Part shown: piece after piece, positions 16,020-24,899 of the stretch
Layout: every line of letters begins with the position of its first letter
Position numbering within the stretch: the first letter of the stretch is position 1
Source of the DNA: Pseudoalteromonas translucida KMM 520
GTDB lineage: Bacteria; Pseudomonadota; Gammaproteobacteria; Enterobacterales; Alteromonadaceae
DNA: 32,000 nt
Direction of reading: 5' to 3'
NCBI RefSeq assembly: GCF_001465295.1
Contig: NZ_CP011034.1
Span: forward strand, 630,001-662,000
Notes under the pieces: model-generated
Databases searched by the model: none
The model's input: only the letters and a program-made list of their open reading frames with translations
Told to the model about the DNA's origin: nothing
Program-made: the position numbers and the translations under genes

Positions 16020-17255
16020 TTAATTATATTGAAAAAGATTATCCCAGCGCTCATCCAGTATGGTTTTTGCGTGATCTAAATTTATTGCGCTATACACACC
16101 ATTAATGCACGTTACTAAGCGCATACGCACCAGTTTTTCAAGCGCGTCAGTAATTTCAAAATCGAGATCGCACTGGTATTTGCTTTTAAACCAAAGCTCT
16201 ATTTGCTCATCAAGCATTTGTGCGCTTAAGCCACTTTCTGATTTTAGTAAAAAGGTATACGCAAGCAGGGCTTCTTTTATGTCTTCTTCTTCGGCGGCAT
16301 CTATAAGCGTGTGAAATACGCCCGCGTTGTTATCGAGATTTTTAAAGTAGAGGTTATCGCTTAGGGCTTTCATAAATTTTATTTTGCGGTTTTTAAACTT
16401 ACTCCATTCTTTAAAAATAAAGCTGCCAAAAACCCCCATACCAATGGCAAAGGTAATAAAATGCTGTTGAGTCATTTCTACGGCTTCATTTCTAAAACCA
16501 CCCCAAAAAGCAAACAGAGCAAGTAATAATACGATTGATGCGCCCAATTTAGTGATAAGTACCACCGCACCGCCAACTAAAGCGGATGAACCAATAATGA
16601 CCTTATCGATAGGGCGCATGCGCACTTCGCTATTAGGAAATAGCATTTCAAGATCCGCCTTTGGCACATTTTGAAATAGCTTTACTATGGTTGAACTTGG
16701 CTCAAACCCCAGAGGCGTTTTATTTTTAGCTTTAAAATAAGCGCTATCTTTAAAGCGAATAAACACCGCAACACGGTCGTAATTAGTAAAGTGCAACGGC
16801 TTTTTACGAAGGCCCCAAAAGCTGGTAATAGTTTCACTAAGTTGCGACTCGCCACGGCGATAAAAAACCACTTCTTCAAAGTCATCAAATTCAACTTCAA
16901 GGCGCACTTTAAATAGTGACTCTTCGTTTAATGCATCTTGTAAGTCTTCATTGGTGATCACTTCAAAATTAGCGGCGTTAAGTACCTTGGCAAAATCTTT
17001 AGCAAAATCACGTTGGCACTGTGCTTTTTGTTCTGCCGATACCGGGGCTAAAGATCGTGTGTCGCTATTGGGATCAAACGGCGCATAGTTATTTTTAAGT
17101 GACTCAAGTGTTGCGTGGTAATCGTAATGAATAAGGCTGGCTAATAAATCACAAAACTGTTTAAACGATGTTTGTTGCGTGTTGTTATTGAGCTCTTCGC
17201 TACACATATCAACAATATCTTGCTTTCTAAAGGGAATAAAACGCGCACTTTGCAT
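16020..17255 (-). CDS. DUF3754 (TMEM143-like) membrane protein
   Basis: 411 aa. It has an N-terminal soluble region beginning RFIPFRKQDIVDM and two central TM helices (IIGSSALVGGAVVLITKLGASIVLLLALFAFWGG; FITFAIGMGVFGSFIF). An acidic C-terminal domain follows. The family was assigned from memory of DUF3754/TMEM143. Confidence 0.6.
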   Translation of the reverse strand: MQSARFIPFRKQDIVDMCSEELNNNTQQTSFKQFCDLLASLIHYDYHATLESLKNNYAPFDPNSDTRSLAPVSAEQKAQCQRDFAKDFAKVLNAANFEVITNEDLQDALNEESLFKVRLEVEFDDFEEVVFYRRGESQLSETITSFWGLRKKPLHFTNYDRVAVFIRFKDSAYFKAKNKTPLGFEPSSTIVKLFQNVPKADLEMLFPNSEVRMRPIDKVIIGSSALVGGAVVLITKLGASIVLLLALFAFWGGFRNEAVEMTQQHFITFAIGMGVFGSFIFKEWSKFKNRKIKFMKALSDNLYFKNLDNNAGVFHTLIDAAEEEDIKEALLAYTFLLKSESGLSAQMLDEQIELWFKSKYQCDLDFEITDALEKLVRMRLVTCINGVYSAINLDHAKTILDERWDNLFQYN

Positions 17256-17448
17256 AAATTAATAACTACTGTAATAAGTAAATTCAATGATATAACTCAA
17301 TAATAAAAGATCGCCGTAGCTATTACCAATTTGTTAATAATTAAAGTGTTTTATAACTAACGGTGTATATTTTCAGTCTAGATTAACTTAAGTATGTAAT
17401 GATAAAGCATCTGAAATCGCGTTTTATTCACAATGAAAGGGAGTTATT

Positions 17449-18033
17449 ATGGCGATTCAACAAAAGCTTAAACAAAAAACACGTAATTTTATTGAATCTA
17501 AACATATGCTCAGTGGCATTACCGTGGCGTCGTTTTTAGAGTCGACCATAGTACCTATTCCGCTTGAAGCTGTTTTAGTACCCTTAATGCAAGCACGTCG
17601 CGAAAAATTATGGCTTATTGCTTTAATGGCCACTTTGGGATGTATTGTGGGGGCGTTATTTGGTTATGCGCTGGGTTATTACTTATTTGATGCCGTTGGC
17701 GATTGGATCATTAATAGTTTCTCAAGCCCCGAGCAGTTTGAAAATGTTAAACAACAAATGCACAATCAAGGCTTTTGGTTTGTAATAACGCTAGGCATAG
17801 TGCCTATTCCATTTCAAATAGCTATGCTGGCAGCGGGGGCGACTAAATATTCCCTCGGGTTATTTTTATTAGCCAGCGCAATTTCGCGCGCTATTCGATA
17901 TTTCGCTTTAGCGGTAGTAGTTTATTATGCCGGTAATAAAGCTGAGCAACTTATTAGCAAACATAAAACTAAAGCCATGATTACTTTAACTGTTTTTGTA
18001 ATCGGTATATGGTGGTTAACGACGGTAATTTAA
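17449..18033 (+). CDS. YqaA-like DedA/VTT-family membrane protein
   Basis: 194 aa. FLESTIVPIPLEAVLVPLM...GCIVGALFGYALGY matches the YqaA/SNARE-associated (VTT) pattern. A good AAGGGAG Shine-Dalgarno is present. Confidence 0.7.
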   Translation: MAIQQKLKQKTRNFIESKHMLSGITVASFLESTIVPIPLEAVLVPLMQARREKLWLIALMATLGCIVGALFGYALGYYLFDAVGDWIINSFSSPEQFENVKQQMHNQGFWFVITLGIVPIPFQIAMLAAGATKYSLGLFLLASAISRAIRYFALAVVVYYAGNKAEQLISKHKTKAMITLTVFVIGIWWLTTVI

Positions 18034-18073
18034 TACCGCTAATTTACCTTAAATAAAATAATAAGAGCATGCC

Positions 18074-20719
18074 ATGGATGAGTTGATTGGGTTAGCTGGG
18101 CTATTTATATTAGCGATAATAGCAGGCGCTATTTGCGGGTTTATTGCACTTACACAGCTTAAAAGCTTAAGGCAACAAGTTGTACAGCTAACAGCTAAAG
18201 TAAATAGTTTACTCCAGCAACAAGAGCAATTAACACCGCTTGCTAGTAAGCAAGCGCCATCACAAGCGCAACTACAATCACAAGTAAGCACACCAGCACC
18301 CGTTTCAGCGCAAGTAAAAACCGCGGTTATAAGCAGCAATGAAGCTGCAGTTACAAAAACAGCTAAAACAAATACCTTCCCTAAAAAGCCTAGCGTTTTA
18401 AATACATTATTTAATAAATTTGGTGCAGGGTTTGAAGAAAACTGGATGACCTGGATAGGCGCGATAGCGCTTGCGTTTGGCGGTATTTTTTTAGCAAAAT
18501 ACAGCTTAGAAGCTGGGTTACTTTCGCCCGTTATGCGGTTGAGTTTAGGTGCACTATTTGGCCTTGGTTTAATAGCAGCCGCTGGGTATTTACATTATAA
18601 ACGCATTATATTTGAAGGGTTTAATAACTATATTCCGGCAGCCCTTGCTAGTGGCGGCTTTATTACCTGCTTTGCGTTAGCCTTACTTGCTTACAGTAAC
18701 TACGCCATGCTTAGCTCCACAGTTGCATTTGTGCTGTTGGCGATTATTGCTTTATGTGCAAGCGTTATGGCAATTAAGTTTGGTCCTTTACTTGCTGTTT
18801 TGGGCATTATTGGTGCCTACAGCGTGCCTATTTGGGTTAGTAGTAATAGTGTTAATTTATTTTCTTTATTTATGTATGTTGGCTTTGTTAGTTTATTTGC
18901 CGCCATAGTGGCGCACCAAGTACAGCGTATTTGGCTGTGGTATTTACTTTGGGCTGGGCATGTTTTTTGGTACTTAGCGGGTTTTGTTTTACTTGAAAGC
19001 AGCACCATTTGGCTACTGGGTGTTTATGCAGTTGCCAGTATTATTGGCCTCATAGCTATCCCTCGGTTAGGGGTAAGGTTTGCGCTAATTGAGTTTCGAC
19101 CGCACAGCTTAAAGCGTTTAATTAGCGTACTGCCCGATCACCCGTTAATGTTAGTGTTTACCGTACCGTTTATTTTGATGATGCTATTGCATAGGTTTGA
19201 CGTGCAGTTTCAGATATTTAGCTTAATAACTTTAGTGTTAATGCTGTTTTTAGTACTAAAAAATAGCCGCTGGGATTTATGGCAAGCTGTGTGTTTAGTA
19301 ATAGCCTTTATCGTTTTAGTCAGTACTCAGCAAACTTTTGATTATGATGATGCCTTGTTTATATTTAAACAAGAATATGGACTAGGCTTAGTGCTAGGTT
19401 TTGCCTTGACTGCTTATGGCCTTTATTTTGGTCGTAAGTTTCCTAAGCGCTTGGCATTTCATATTACCGGTGCATTTAGTTTATTTTTAATGATAGCCAC
19501 TTTATACGCACTAATTCCTAATTCAGCGTTAAGTACAGCGTATCCGCTTTGGGCAGTTATATTACTTGTTGGCAGTGCTGTTTTAATAAAAAGCGCGCTG
19601 TACAGTGCTAGTTTGTATCAGCGTTTTACCTACTGGATAGCAGCAAATGCTAATATTACGCTCGCGATTACTATGCTATTAAACGACAGTGGCTTAACCA
19701 TAGCGCTGGCTATTCAAGTGTTATTGATTAGCTTACTGATCAAACGCCACAGTATACCTATGCCACACTGGCCTATTAAAGCGCTGGTGGCAGCATTATT
19801 ATTGCGACTAACTTTCGCACCTTGGACACCAAGTTACGAAGCACTTACTATTTTTGGTTTGCACTGGAGCATAGTGGTGTACCCGCTGTGTACGGCGCTA
19901 TTTTATGTTGCAGCAAGATGTTTTAACACATCAAAAATGCAGTTATGGCTAGCAGGTGCGGCGCTGCATTGCTTGGCATTATTTATTACCACCGAAACCA
20001 GTTATCAGCTAGTAGGGCATTATCCACAATTTGATTCATTGAGTTTTTACGAGCAAGTACTACTGGTTTGTAACTGGCTTGGGTTAGGTTGTGTGTATTT
20101 ATATCGCGCGCGAATAGCAGGGAGTTTAGCAAAACTGTATCGCTTTGGCGGCTTTGCATTGGCGGGCTTAGCTGGTGTGTTTGCACTAAAAACCTTAGTT
20201 GACGACAACCCGTTATTGAGTGCGATAGATATTGGTACAACGCCAATATTTAACTGGTTATTGTTATTATGGTTAGTACCTGCAGGGTTAACTTTATGGT
20301 TAGCAAGGTTACTTAAAACTATAAATAGCAAAGCTATAAATACTAAGATAATTGCGATAGTTCTCGCAATTGCGGGGGCATTTACCTTTTTAGCAATTAA
20401 CAGTTTAATTCGTCAATATTGGCAAGGGGCGTATATTTACTTATCTAAGGGGGTAGGTAACGCTGAGCTTTATAGCTATTCTATTATTTGGCTGGTACTG
20501 GGAGCGAGTACCGTTATTGTGGGCCATCTTAAAAATCAGCTACTAATACAAAAAGTAGGTTTAGGCTTATTGGCCGCGGTTATTTTAAAAGTATTTTTAA
20601 TCGATATGGCAAACTTAACAGGTTTACTAAAAGCGGTATCGTTTATTGGATTAGGGCTATCTTTAGTCGGGCTGAGCTGGTTGTTTCAAAAGCTGAGAAG
20701 CCGCGCTAATCTGGCTTAA
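18074..20719 (+). CDS. DUF2339-like large polytopic membrane protein
   Basis: 881 aa. It has an N-terminal TM, then a Gln/Ala/Ser-rich coiled/low-complexity linker, then more than 20 hydrophobic segments starting WMTWIGAIALAFGGIFLAKYSLEAGLLSP, the pattern I associate with DUF2339. It starts 40 nt after the yqaA-like gene, so it is probably co-transcribed. Confidence 0.6.
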   Translation: MDELIGLAGLFILAIIAGAICGFIALTQLKSLRQQVVQLTAKVNSLLQQQEQLTPLASKQAPSQAQLQSQVSTPAPVSAQVKTAVISSNEAAVTKTAKTNTFPKKPSVLNTLFNKFGAGFEENWMTWIGAIALAFGGIFLAKYSLEAGLLSPVMRLSLGALFGLGLIAAAGYLHYKRIIFEGFNNYIPAALASGGFITCFALALLAYSNYAMLSSTVAFVLLAIIALCASVMAIKFGPLLAVLGIIGAYSVPIWVSSNSVNLFSLFMYVGFVSLFAAIVAHQVQRIWLWYLLWAGHVFWYLAGFVLLESSTIWLLGVYAVASIIGLIAIPRLGVRFALIEFRPHSLKRLISVLPDHPLMLVFTVPFILMMLLHRFDVQFQIFSLITLVLMLFLVLKNSRWDLWQAVCLVIAFIVLVSTQQTFDYDDALFIFKQEYGLGLVLGFALTAYGLYFGRKFPKRLAFHITGAFSLFLMIATLYALIPNSALSTAYPLWAVILLVGSAVLIKSALYSASLYQRFTYWIAANANITLAITMLLNDSGLTIALAIQVLLISLLIKRHSIPMPHWPIKALVAALLLRLTFAPWTPSYEALTIFGLHWSIVVYPLCTALFYVAARCFNTSKMQLWLAGAALHCLALFITTETSYQLVGHYPQFDSLSFYEQVLLVCNWLGLGCVYLYRARIAGSLAKLYRFGGFALAGLAGVFALKTLVDDNPLLSAIDIGTTPIFNWLLLLWLVPAGLTLWLARLLKTINSKAINTKIIAIVLAIAGAFTFLAINSLIRQYWQGAYIYLSKGVGNAELYSYSIIWLVLGASTVIVGHLKNQLLIQKVGLGLLAAVILKVFLIDMANLTGLLKAVSFIGLGLSLVGLSWLFQKLRSRANLA

Positions 20720-20782
20720 GCCTTTATAAACTAACGTAAAGAAAAAACCAGCCCGCTATTACTCACAGGCCGGGTATAACTT

Positions 20783-23700
20783 TTAAGTGCTGTGATTCAG
20801 CAGCGCTTTTAGTTTGCCCGGTTTAATAGGCTTACTAAGATAATGAATATTAGCCGCTTTAGTTTCTAGTTTTAGCTCTTCATCGCGCACCGCTGTTATT
20901 AAAATAGCAGGGACTTGGTGTTGCCAAATATCTCTCAGGGTTTTTATAAGTGTTATGCCGTCGCAATCATTACCTAGTTGGTAATCCATTAAAATCACAT
21001 CGGGTGCGCTGTGCTTATTAGCGTGCGCAAGCACCTGTTCAACGTTATCAAATAAGGTGTAATTGGCTTGCCATTTGTTGAGTAAGCTTGCCATGGCAGC
21101 TAGGTTGGCAGGATCGTCGTCAACGGCAATAATATTAATGGCGGCGCGGTTTTCCATTACACTATTAGCAATACTTTTATGCTGTACAAATTTTGCATCA
21201 CCATAAGGTACCTCAATACTAAAGCGGCTGCCTTTATTGGGCACTGAGCATACATCAAGCGGTAAGCTGAGTAAGTCAGCCATTCTTTTTACTACTCCTA
21301 AACCTAAGCCTATGCCTTTATTGTCGCCAGCCTCAACTCGGTAAAAGTCATTAAAAATTTTAGCTTGCTCTGCTTCACTGATCCCTTGCCCTGTATCCCA
21401 TACTTCTATGCGCAGGCTATGTTTACGGTTTCTACAGGCAATTAAAACTTTACCGCTTTGTGTGTACTTAATTGCATTAGAGAGCAGGTTTTGGATAATA
21501 CGTCGTAAATAAGTAATATCGCTGTGCACTATTTGTTGGTTAGAAAGCACTTTGAACGACAACCCTTTTACACTGAGTAAAATACTTGACTCGCTTTTAA
21601 GCGGTTGCAAAATATCGTCAATACAAAAGTGCCGTGGCGTAGGCGCCATTGCGCCTTGTTCTAACTTGGCTATTTCAAGCAGTGCCGACATTAAATGCAC
21701 GGTAGAGTCTAGGCTGTCTCCTAGTTTATCCAGATTATTTTGATTAGTGCTATTGAGCTGCTTTTCGTCAATGGCGGCAAGGTATAAACGCGCGGCATTT
21801 AGTGGCTGTAAAATATCATGGCTCGCCAGTGCTAAAAAGCGGGTTTTACTATCGTTGGCTTTTTCGGCCTCCCGCTTGGCTAAAGTTAGCGCTTGCTCAG
21901 TTTGAACTCGGCTATCTATTTGCGCTTGTAGGTCTTTATTAATGGTTTGTACTTCTTGAGTACGCGCCTCGATGCGGTTTTCTAAATCGATATTAATTTC
22001 TTCCAGCGCATTTTGGGTATTAATATGCGCTGTTATGTCTGAAAAGCTGGTAACAAAGCCGCCATCAGGCAAAGGATTACCTATCATTTCGTACACTTGG
22101 CCGTTGCGGCGGTGGCGAATAAAGTGATGCGAGGTGCCATTTTTTAAATGGCGAACCCGTTTTTCAACATGGCGCTCTATTTCGCCTGGGCCACATTCAC
22201 CACGCTCTGCGTTATAACGTATTATGTCTTCTACCGGTTGGGCCACCTCTAAAAAACCTTCAGGGTAATTAAACATTTCGCTATAGCGTTTATTCCAGGC
22301 AACAAGTTTTAAATCTTTGTCGACCACAGAAAGGCCATGGCTTAAGTTTTCAAGTGAGGTAAATAATAAGTTTTGGTTAAATTGCAGTGCTTGGGTGGTT
22401 TCATCAAAAAAGTTAACCACCTCTTCAAATGCCATGCGCTTACCAGATGAGACTGTGTGCACTAATGCTTGAGCCGACGATGCACCAAGTACACCGGTTA
22501 ACGCACGTTCGCAATAGGCAATAAACTCAGGTTTGGGATGCGCGTTGTTGTCACTTAAATGATGGGCTAGGGCATAATTGGCTAATACTTGCTGGCTGCG
22601 CTGAATGCCTAAAAAGGTCTGTAGCAGTATTTTAAAGTCGTATACTGTGGCTTTTACATCTTTATTTAAACGCTTTGATAAAATAGTCTGATCTTTTGGG
22701 TTAACAAATGCAGCAGCCTGAATTTTATCAATTAATCGCTCCTCAGCCCCTAACGAAAAGCTAATATAACAGCCAATATTAGCAAATAACGCAATCAGCG
22801 TGCCGCGAGTCATAAGGGTTTGTTGTAGATCGGTATTTAGCGTATTACCAGCATCTAAAATAGGCAGCATTAAAAACAGCACCCAGCATATAAAGCCTGC
22901 AAGTAAGCCTGCATAAACGCCATAAGCATGGCCTTTTCGCCAATATAAACCACCTACAATAGCGGGTAATAACTGGGTTACTAACGAAAATGCAACCAAG
23001 CCCATGCTAGCTAATGCACTTCCGTGACCAAACCAGTGCTGATAAAAGTAAGCCAAGGTTAAAATACCGGCAATAGCAAAGCGTCGTACTAATAGTATTC
23101 TCGATCTATAGCTGGTGGTTATTAAGTTACGTTTAAATTTGCGACGTAGTATTAGGGGCAGTACTACATCGTTTGAAATCATAGTACTTAAAGTGAGTGT
23201 TGCTACCACTATCATAGCGGTGGCGGCCGACAAGCCACCAATAAAAACGAAGGTGGTTAAAAAGGCATTATAGTGCAGCATAGGTAGGGCTAACACAAAG
23301 CTGTCGGGCGAAAAGCTACGGCCTATTTCTGGGTGAATAGCGGCGGTTGCTATTGGGAAAATCATTGCTGCGGTAAGTAATAAGTACAGTGGAAACGCCC
23401 AGCGCGCGGTAAATAAATGACGCTTGTCTTGATTGTCGACCACGGTGACATGAAACTGACGCGGTAGGCAAATAATAGCCGCCGCAGCCATTAATGATTG
23501 GCCAATAAAGTTAAAACTAAAAAAGTCAAAGTCGGCCCAGTGTGTCCACAAAGGCTCGTCTACTTGGTTAGCATAAGACTCAGGTAAGTTAAATAAAGAA
23601 TACACAGCCAGTCCAGCTACCGCCATGAGTGCAATTAATTTTATGAGAGATTCAAACGCTACAGCAAGCATTAACCCTGAGCGGTATTCGGTGACATCAA

Positions 23701-24223
23701 CTTTTCGAGTGCCAAAAAATATCGCAAATAACGCCATAATTAAGGTTGCCGACAAGGCGACTATATCTCCAGATACTTTATTACTTGTTTGCAGCAGTAA
23801 AAAGCTCGAACTGAGCGCTTTTAATTGCAGCGCAATATACGGAATAGTCGCTAATAGCGCGATTAAAGTCACCATAATAGCGGTGGTTTGGCGCTTGCCA
23901 TAACGGGCAGAAATAAAGTCGGCAATGGTAGTAATATTTTGCTTTTTACTCACTAAAACTAATTTACGTAAAAAGCCTTGGCCGAAAAAAAACAATAATG
24001 CGGGGCCTAGTAATATGGGTAAAAAACTCCAACTACTTGTGGCAGCAGTTCCTACCGAGCCGTAGTAGGTCCAAGATGTACAATAAATGCCCAGTGAAAA
24101 TGCGTACACAAAAGGGTGATGACTAATACGCTTAGCCAAAGGCGTGGTTTTATCGCCCCAACTTGCGAGCCAAAACAGCACCCCTATATAGCTCAAAGCA
24201 ACAAAAATTAGTACGGCAGTCAT
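20783..24223 (-). CDS. crbS: CrbS/CbrA-type hybrid sensor histidine kinase: SLC5 (Na+/solute symporter) domain, STAC-like linker, PAS, HisKA, HATPase and receiver
   Basis: About 500 aa of N-terminal SSF-type TM domain. PAS (LSVVDKDLKLVAWNKRYSEMFNYPEGF...). H-box KTRFLALASHDILQPLNAARLY. N box NLLSNAIKYT, G boxes DTGQGI and GIGLGLG. C-terminal receiver (IIAVDDDPANL...VILMDYQL...LSKPIKP). The track ORF starts at TTG 24256; I use the first ATG (24221-24223, MTAVLIFV). The start is uncertain. Confidence 0.88.
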   Translation of the reverse strand: MTAVLIFVALSYIGVLFWLASWGDKTTPLAKRISHHPFVYAFSLGIYCTSWTYYGSVGTAATSSWSFLPILLGPALLFFFGQGFLRKLVLVSKKQNITTIADFISARYGKRQTTAIMVTLIALLATIPYIALQLKALSSSFLLLQTSNKVSGDIVALSATLIMALFAIFFGTRKVDVTEYRSGLMLAVAFESLIKLIALMAVAGLAVYSLFNLPESYANQVDEPLWTHWADFDFFSFNFIGQSLMAAAAIICLPRQFHVTVVDNQDKRHLFTARWAFPLYLLLTAAMIFPIATAAIHPEIGRSFSPDSFVLALPMLHYNAFLTTFVFIGGLSAATAMIVVATLTLSTMISNDVVLPLILRRKFKRNLITTSYRSRILLVRRFAIAGILTLAYFYQHWFGHGSALASMGLVAFSLVTQLLPAIVGGLYWRKGHAYGVYAGLLAGFICWVLFLMLPILDAGNTLNTDLQQTLMTRGTLIALFANIGCYISFSLGAEERLIDKIQAAAFVNPKDQTILSKRLNKDVKATVYDFKILLQTFLGIQRSQQVLANYALAHHLSDNNAHPKPEFIAYCERALTGVLGASSAQALVHTVSSGKRMAFEEVVNFFDETTQALQFNQNLLFTSLENLSHGLSVVDKDLKLVAWNKRYSEMFNYPEGFLEVAQPVEDIIRYNAERGECGPGEIERHVEKRVRHLKNGTSHHFIRHRRNGQVYEMIGNPLPDGGFVTSFSDITAHINTQNALEEINIDLENRIEARTQEVQTINKDLQAQIDSRVQTEQALTLAKREAEKANDSKTRFLALASHDILQPLNAARLYLAAIDEKQLNSTNQNNLDKLGDSLDSTVHLMSALLEIAKLEQGAMAPTPRHFCIDDILQPLKSESSILLSVKGLSFKVLSNQQIVHSDITYLRRIIQNLLSNAIKYTQSGKVLIACRNRKHSLRIEVWDTGQGISEAEQAKIFNDFYRVEAGDNKGIGLGLGVVKRMADLLSLPLDVCSVPNKGSRFSIEVPYGDAKFVQHKSIANSVMENRAAINIIAVDDDPANLAAMASLLNKWQANYTLFDNVEQVLAHANKHSAPDVILMDYQLGNDCDGITLIKTLRDIWQHQVPAILITAVRDEELKLETKAANIHYLSKPIKPGKLKALLNHST

Positions 24224-24625
24224 GTATTTATTAAACCTTTTTGAATATGCACTCAACTAGCATGGACTATACACAATACCAGAGCTTGAATTAAGTATGG
24301 GTGCGATATTTATTTATAAGTTTAAGCTGTTGTTTTTAAATGTTATTCATAAACATTAAATTATAGTAATACAGTATAAGACTAATGTCGCATGTAATCT
24401 AAATCCTTGCAAAATATTAACAAACTCTCTCTAAGTGAATTTTTAAATAACTGAAAAATAATACTTTTTAATTTTAATATCAGCTAAATACTGGTTTTTT
24501 GCTTAAAGGTTAACAGGCTGTTACGACTATGGTCGCAATTCAATATTTGCATTGCGTTGCTAAATTGGTAGATGAAAAATAAACCACTCATTACTTTTTA
24601 GTGATGCTTAAAGGGGAAAATAAAA

Positions 24626-24889
24626 ATGGCTTTTAAAGATGAAGAACAAGCAAAAGCTTATTGGGCGGAAAATATTTCACTGTTATTTAAATTATTAGCA
24701 GTGTGGTTTGTCGTGTCATTTGGTTTTGGCATATTACTGGTTGATGTACTTAATGAAGTACGTTTTTTTGGGTTTAAACTTGGCTTCTGGTTCTCCCAGC
24801 AAGGTTCAATTTATACCTTTGTGGCTTTGATTTTTGTGTACGTAGTCAAAATGAATACGTTAGATAAAAAATATGGCGTAGACGAATAG
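24626..24889 (+). CDS. DUF4212 putative solute:sodium symporter small subunit
   Basis: 87 aa, two TM segments, with the characteristic FGFKLGFWFSQQGSIYTFVALIFVYVVKMNTLDKKYGVDE tail. It lies immediately upstream of an SSS permease. An AAAGGGGA Shine-Dalgarno is present. Confidence 0.85.
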   Translation: MAFKDEEQAKAYWAENISLLFKLLAVWFVVSFGFGILLVDVLNEVRFFGFKLGFWFSQQGSIYTFVALIFVYVVKMNTLDKKYGVDE

Positions 24890-24899
24890 GAGCTAAGCA

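Noticed and set aside
18049-18339. Cys-rich 96-aa ORF (CDCSCACDGAC...CCWSK...CTTCC) that superficially resembles a Cys-rich peptide or bacteriocin precursor.
   Set aside because: It is the antisense reading of the Gln/Ala/Ser-rich linker of the DUF2339-like gene (CAA/GCA/AGC repeats read as TTG/TGC/GCT). It has no leader peptide, ribosome-binding site or modification-enzyme genes nearby.
24480-24625. Possible sigma54 promoter upstream of the symporter genes (the GG/GC dinucleotides in ctggttttttgctt and atggtcgcaattcaatatttgca).
   Set aside because: The GG-to-GC spacing is wrong (8 and 18 nt instead of 12) and the flanks do not fit TGGCAC-N5-TTGCA.
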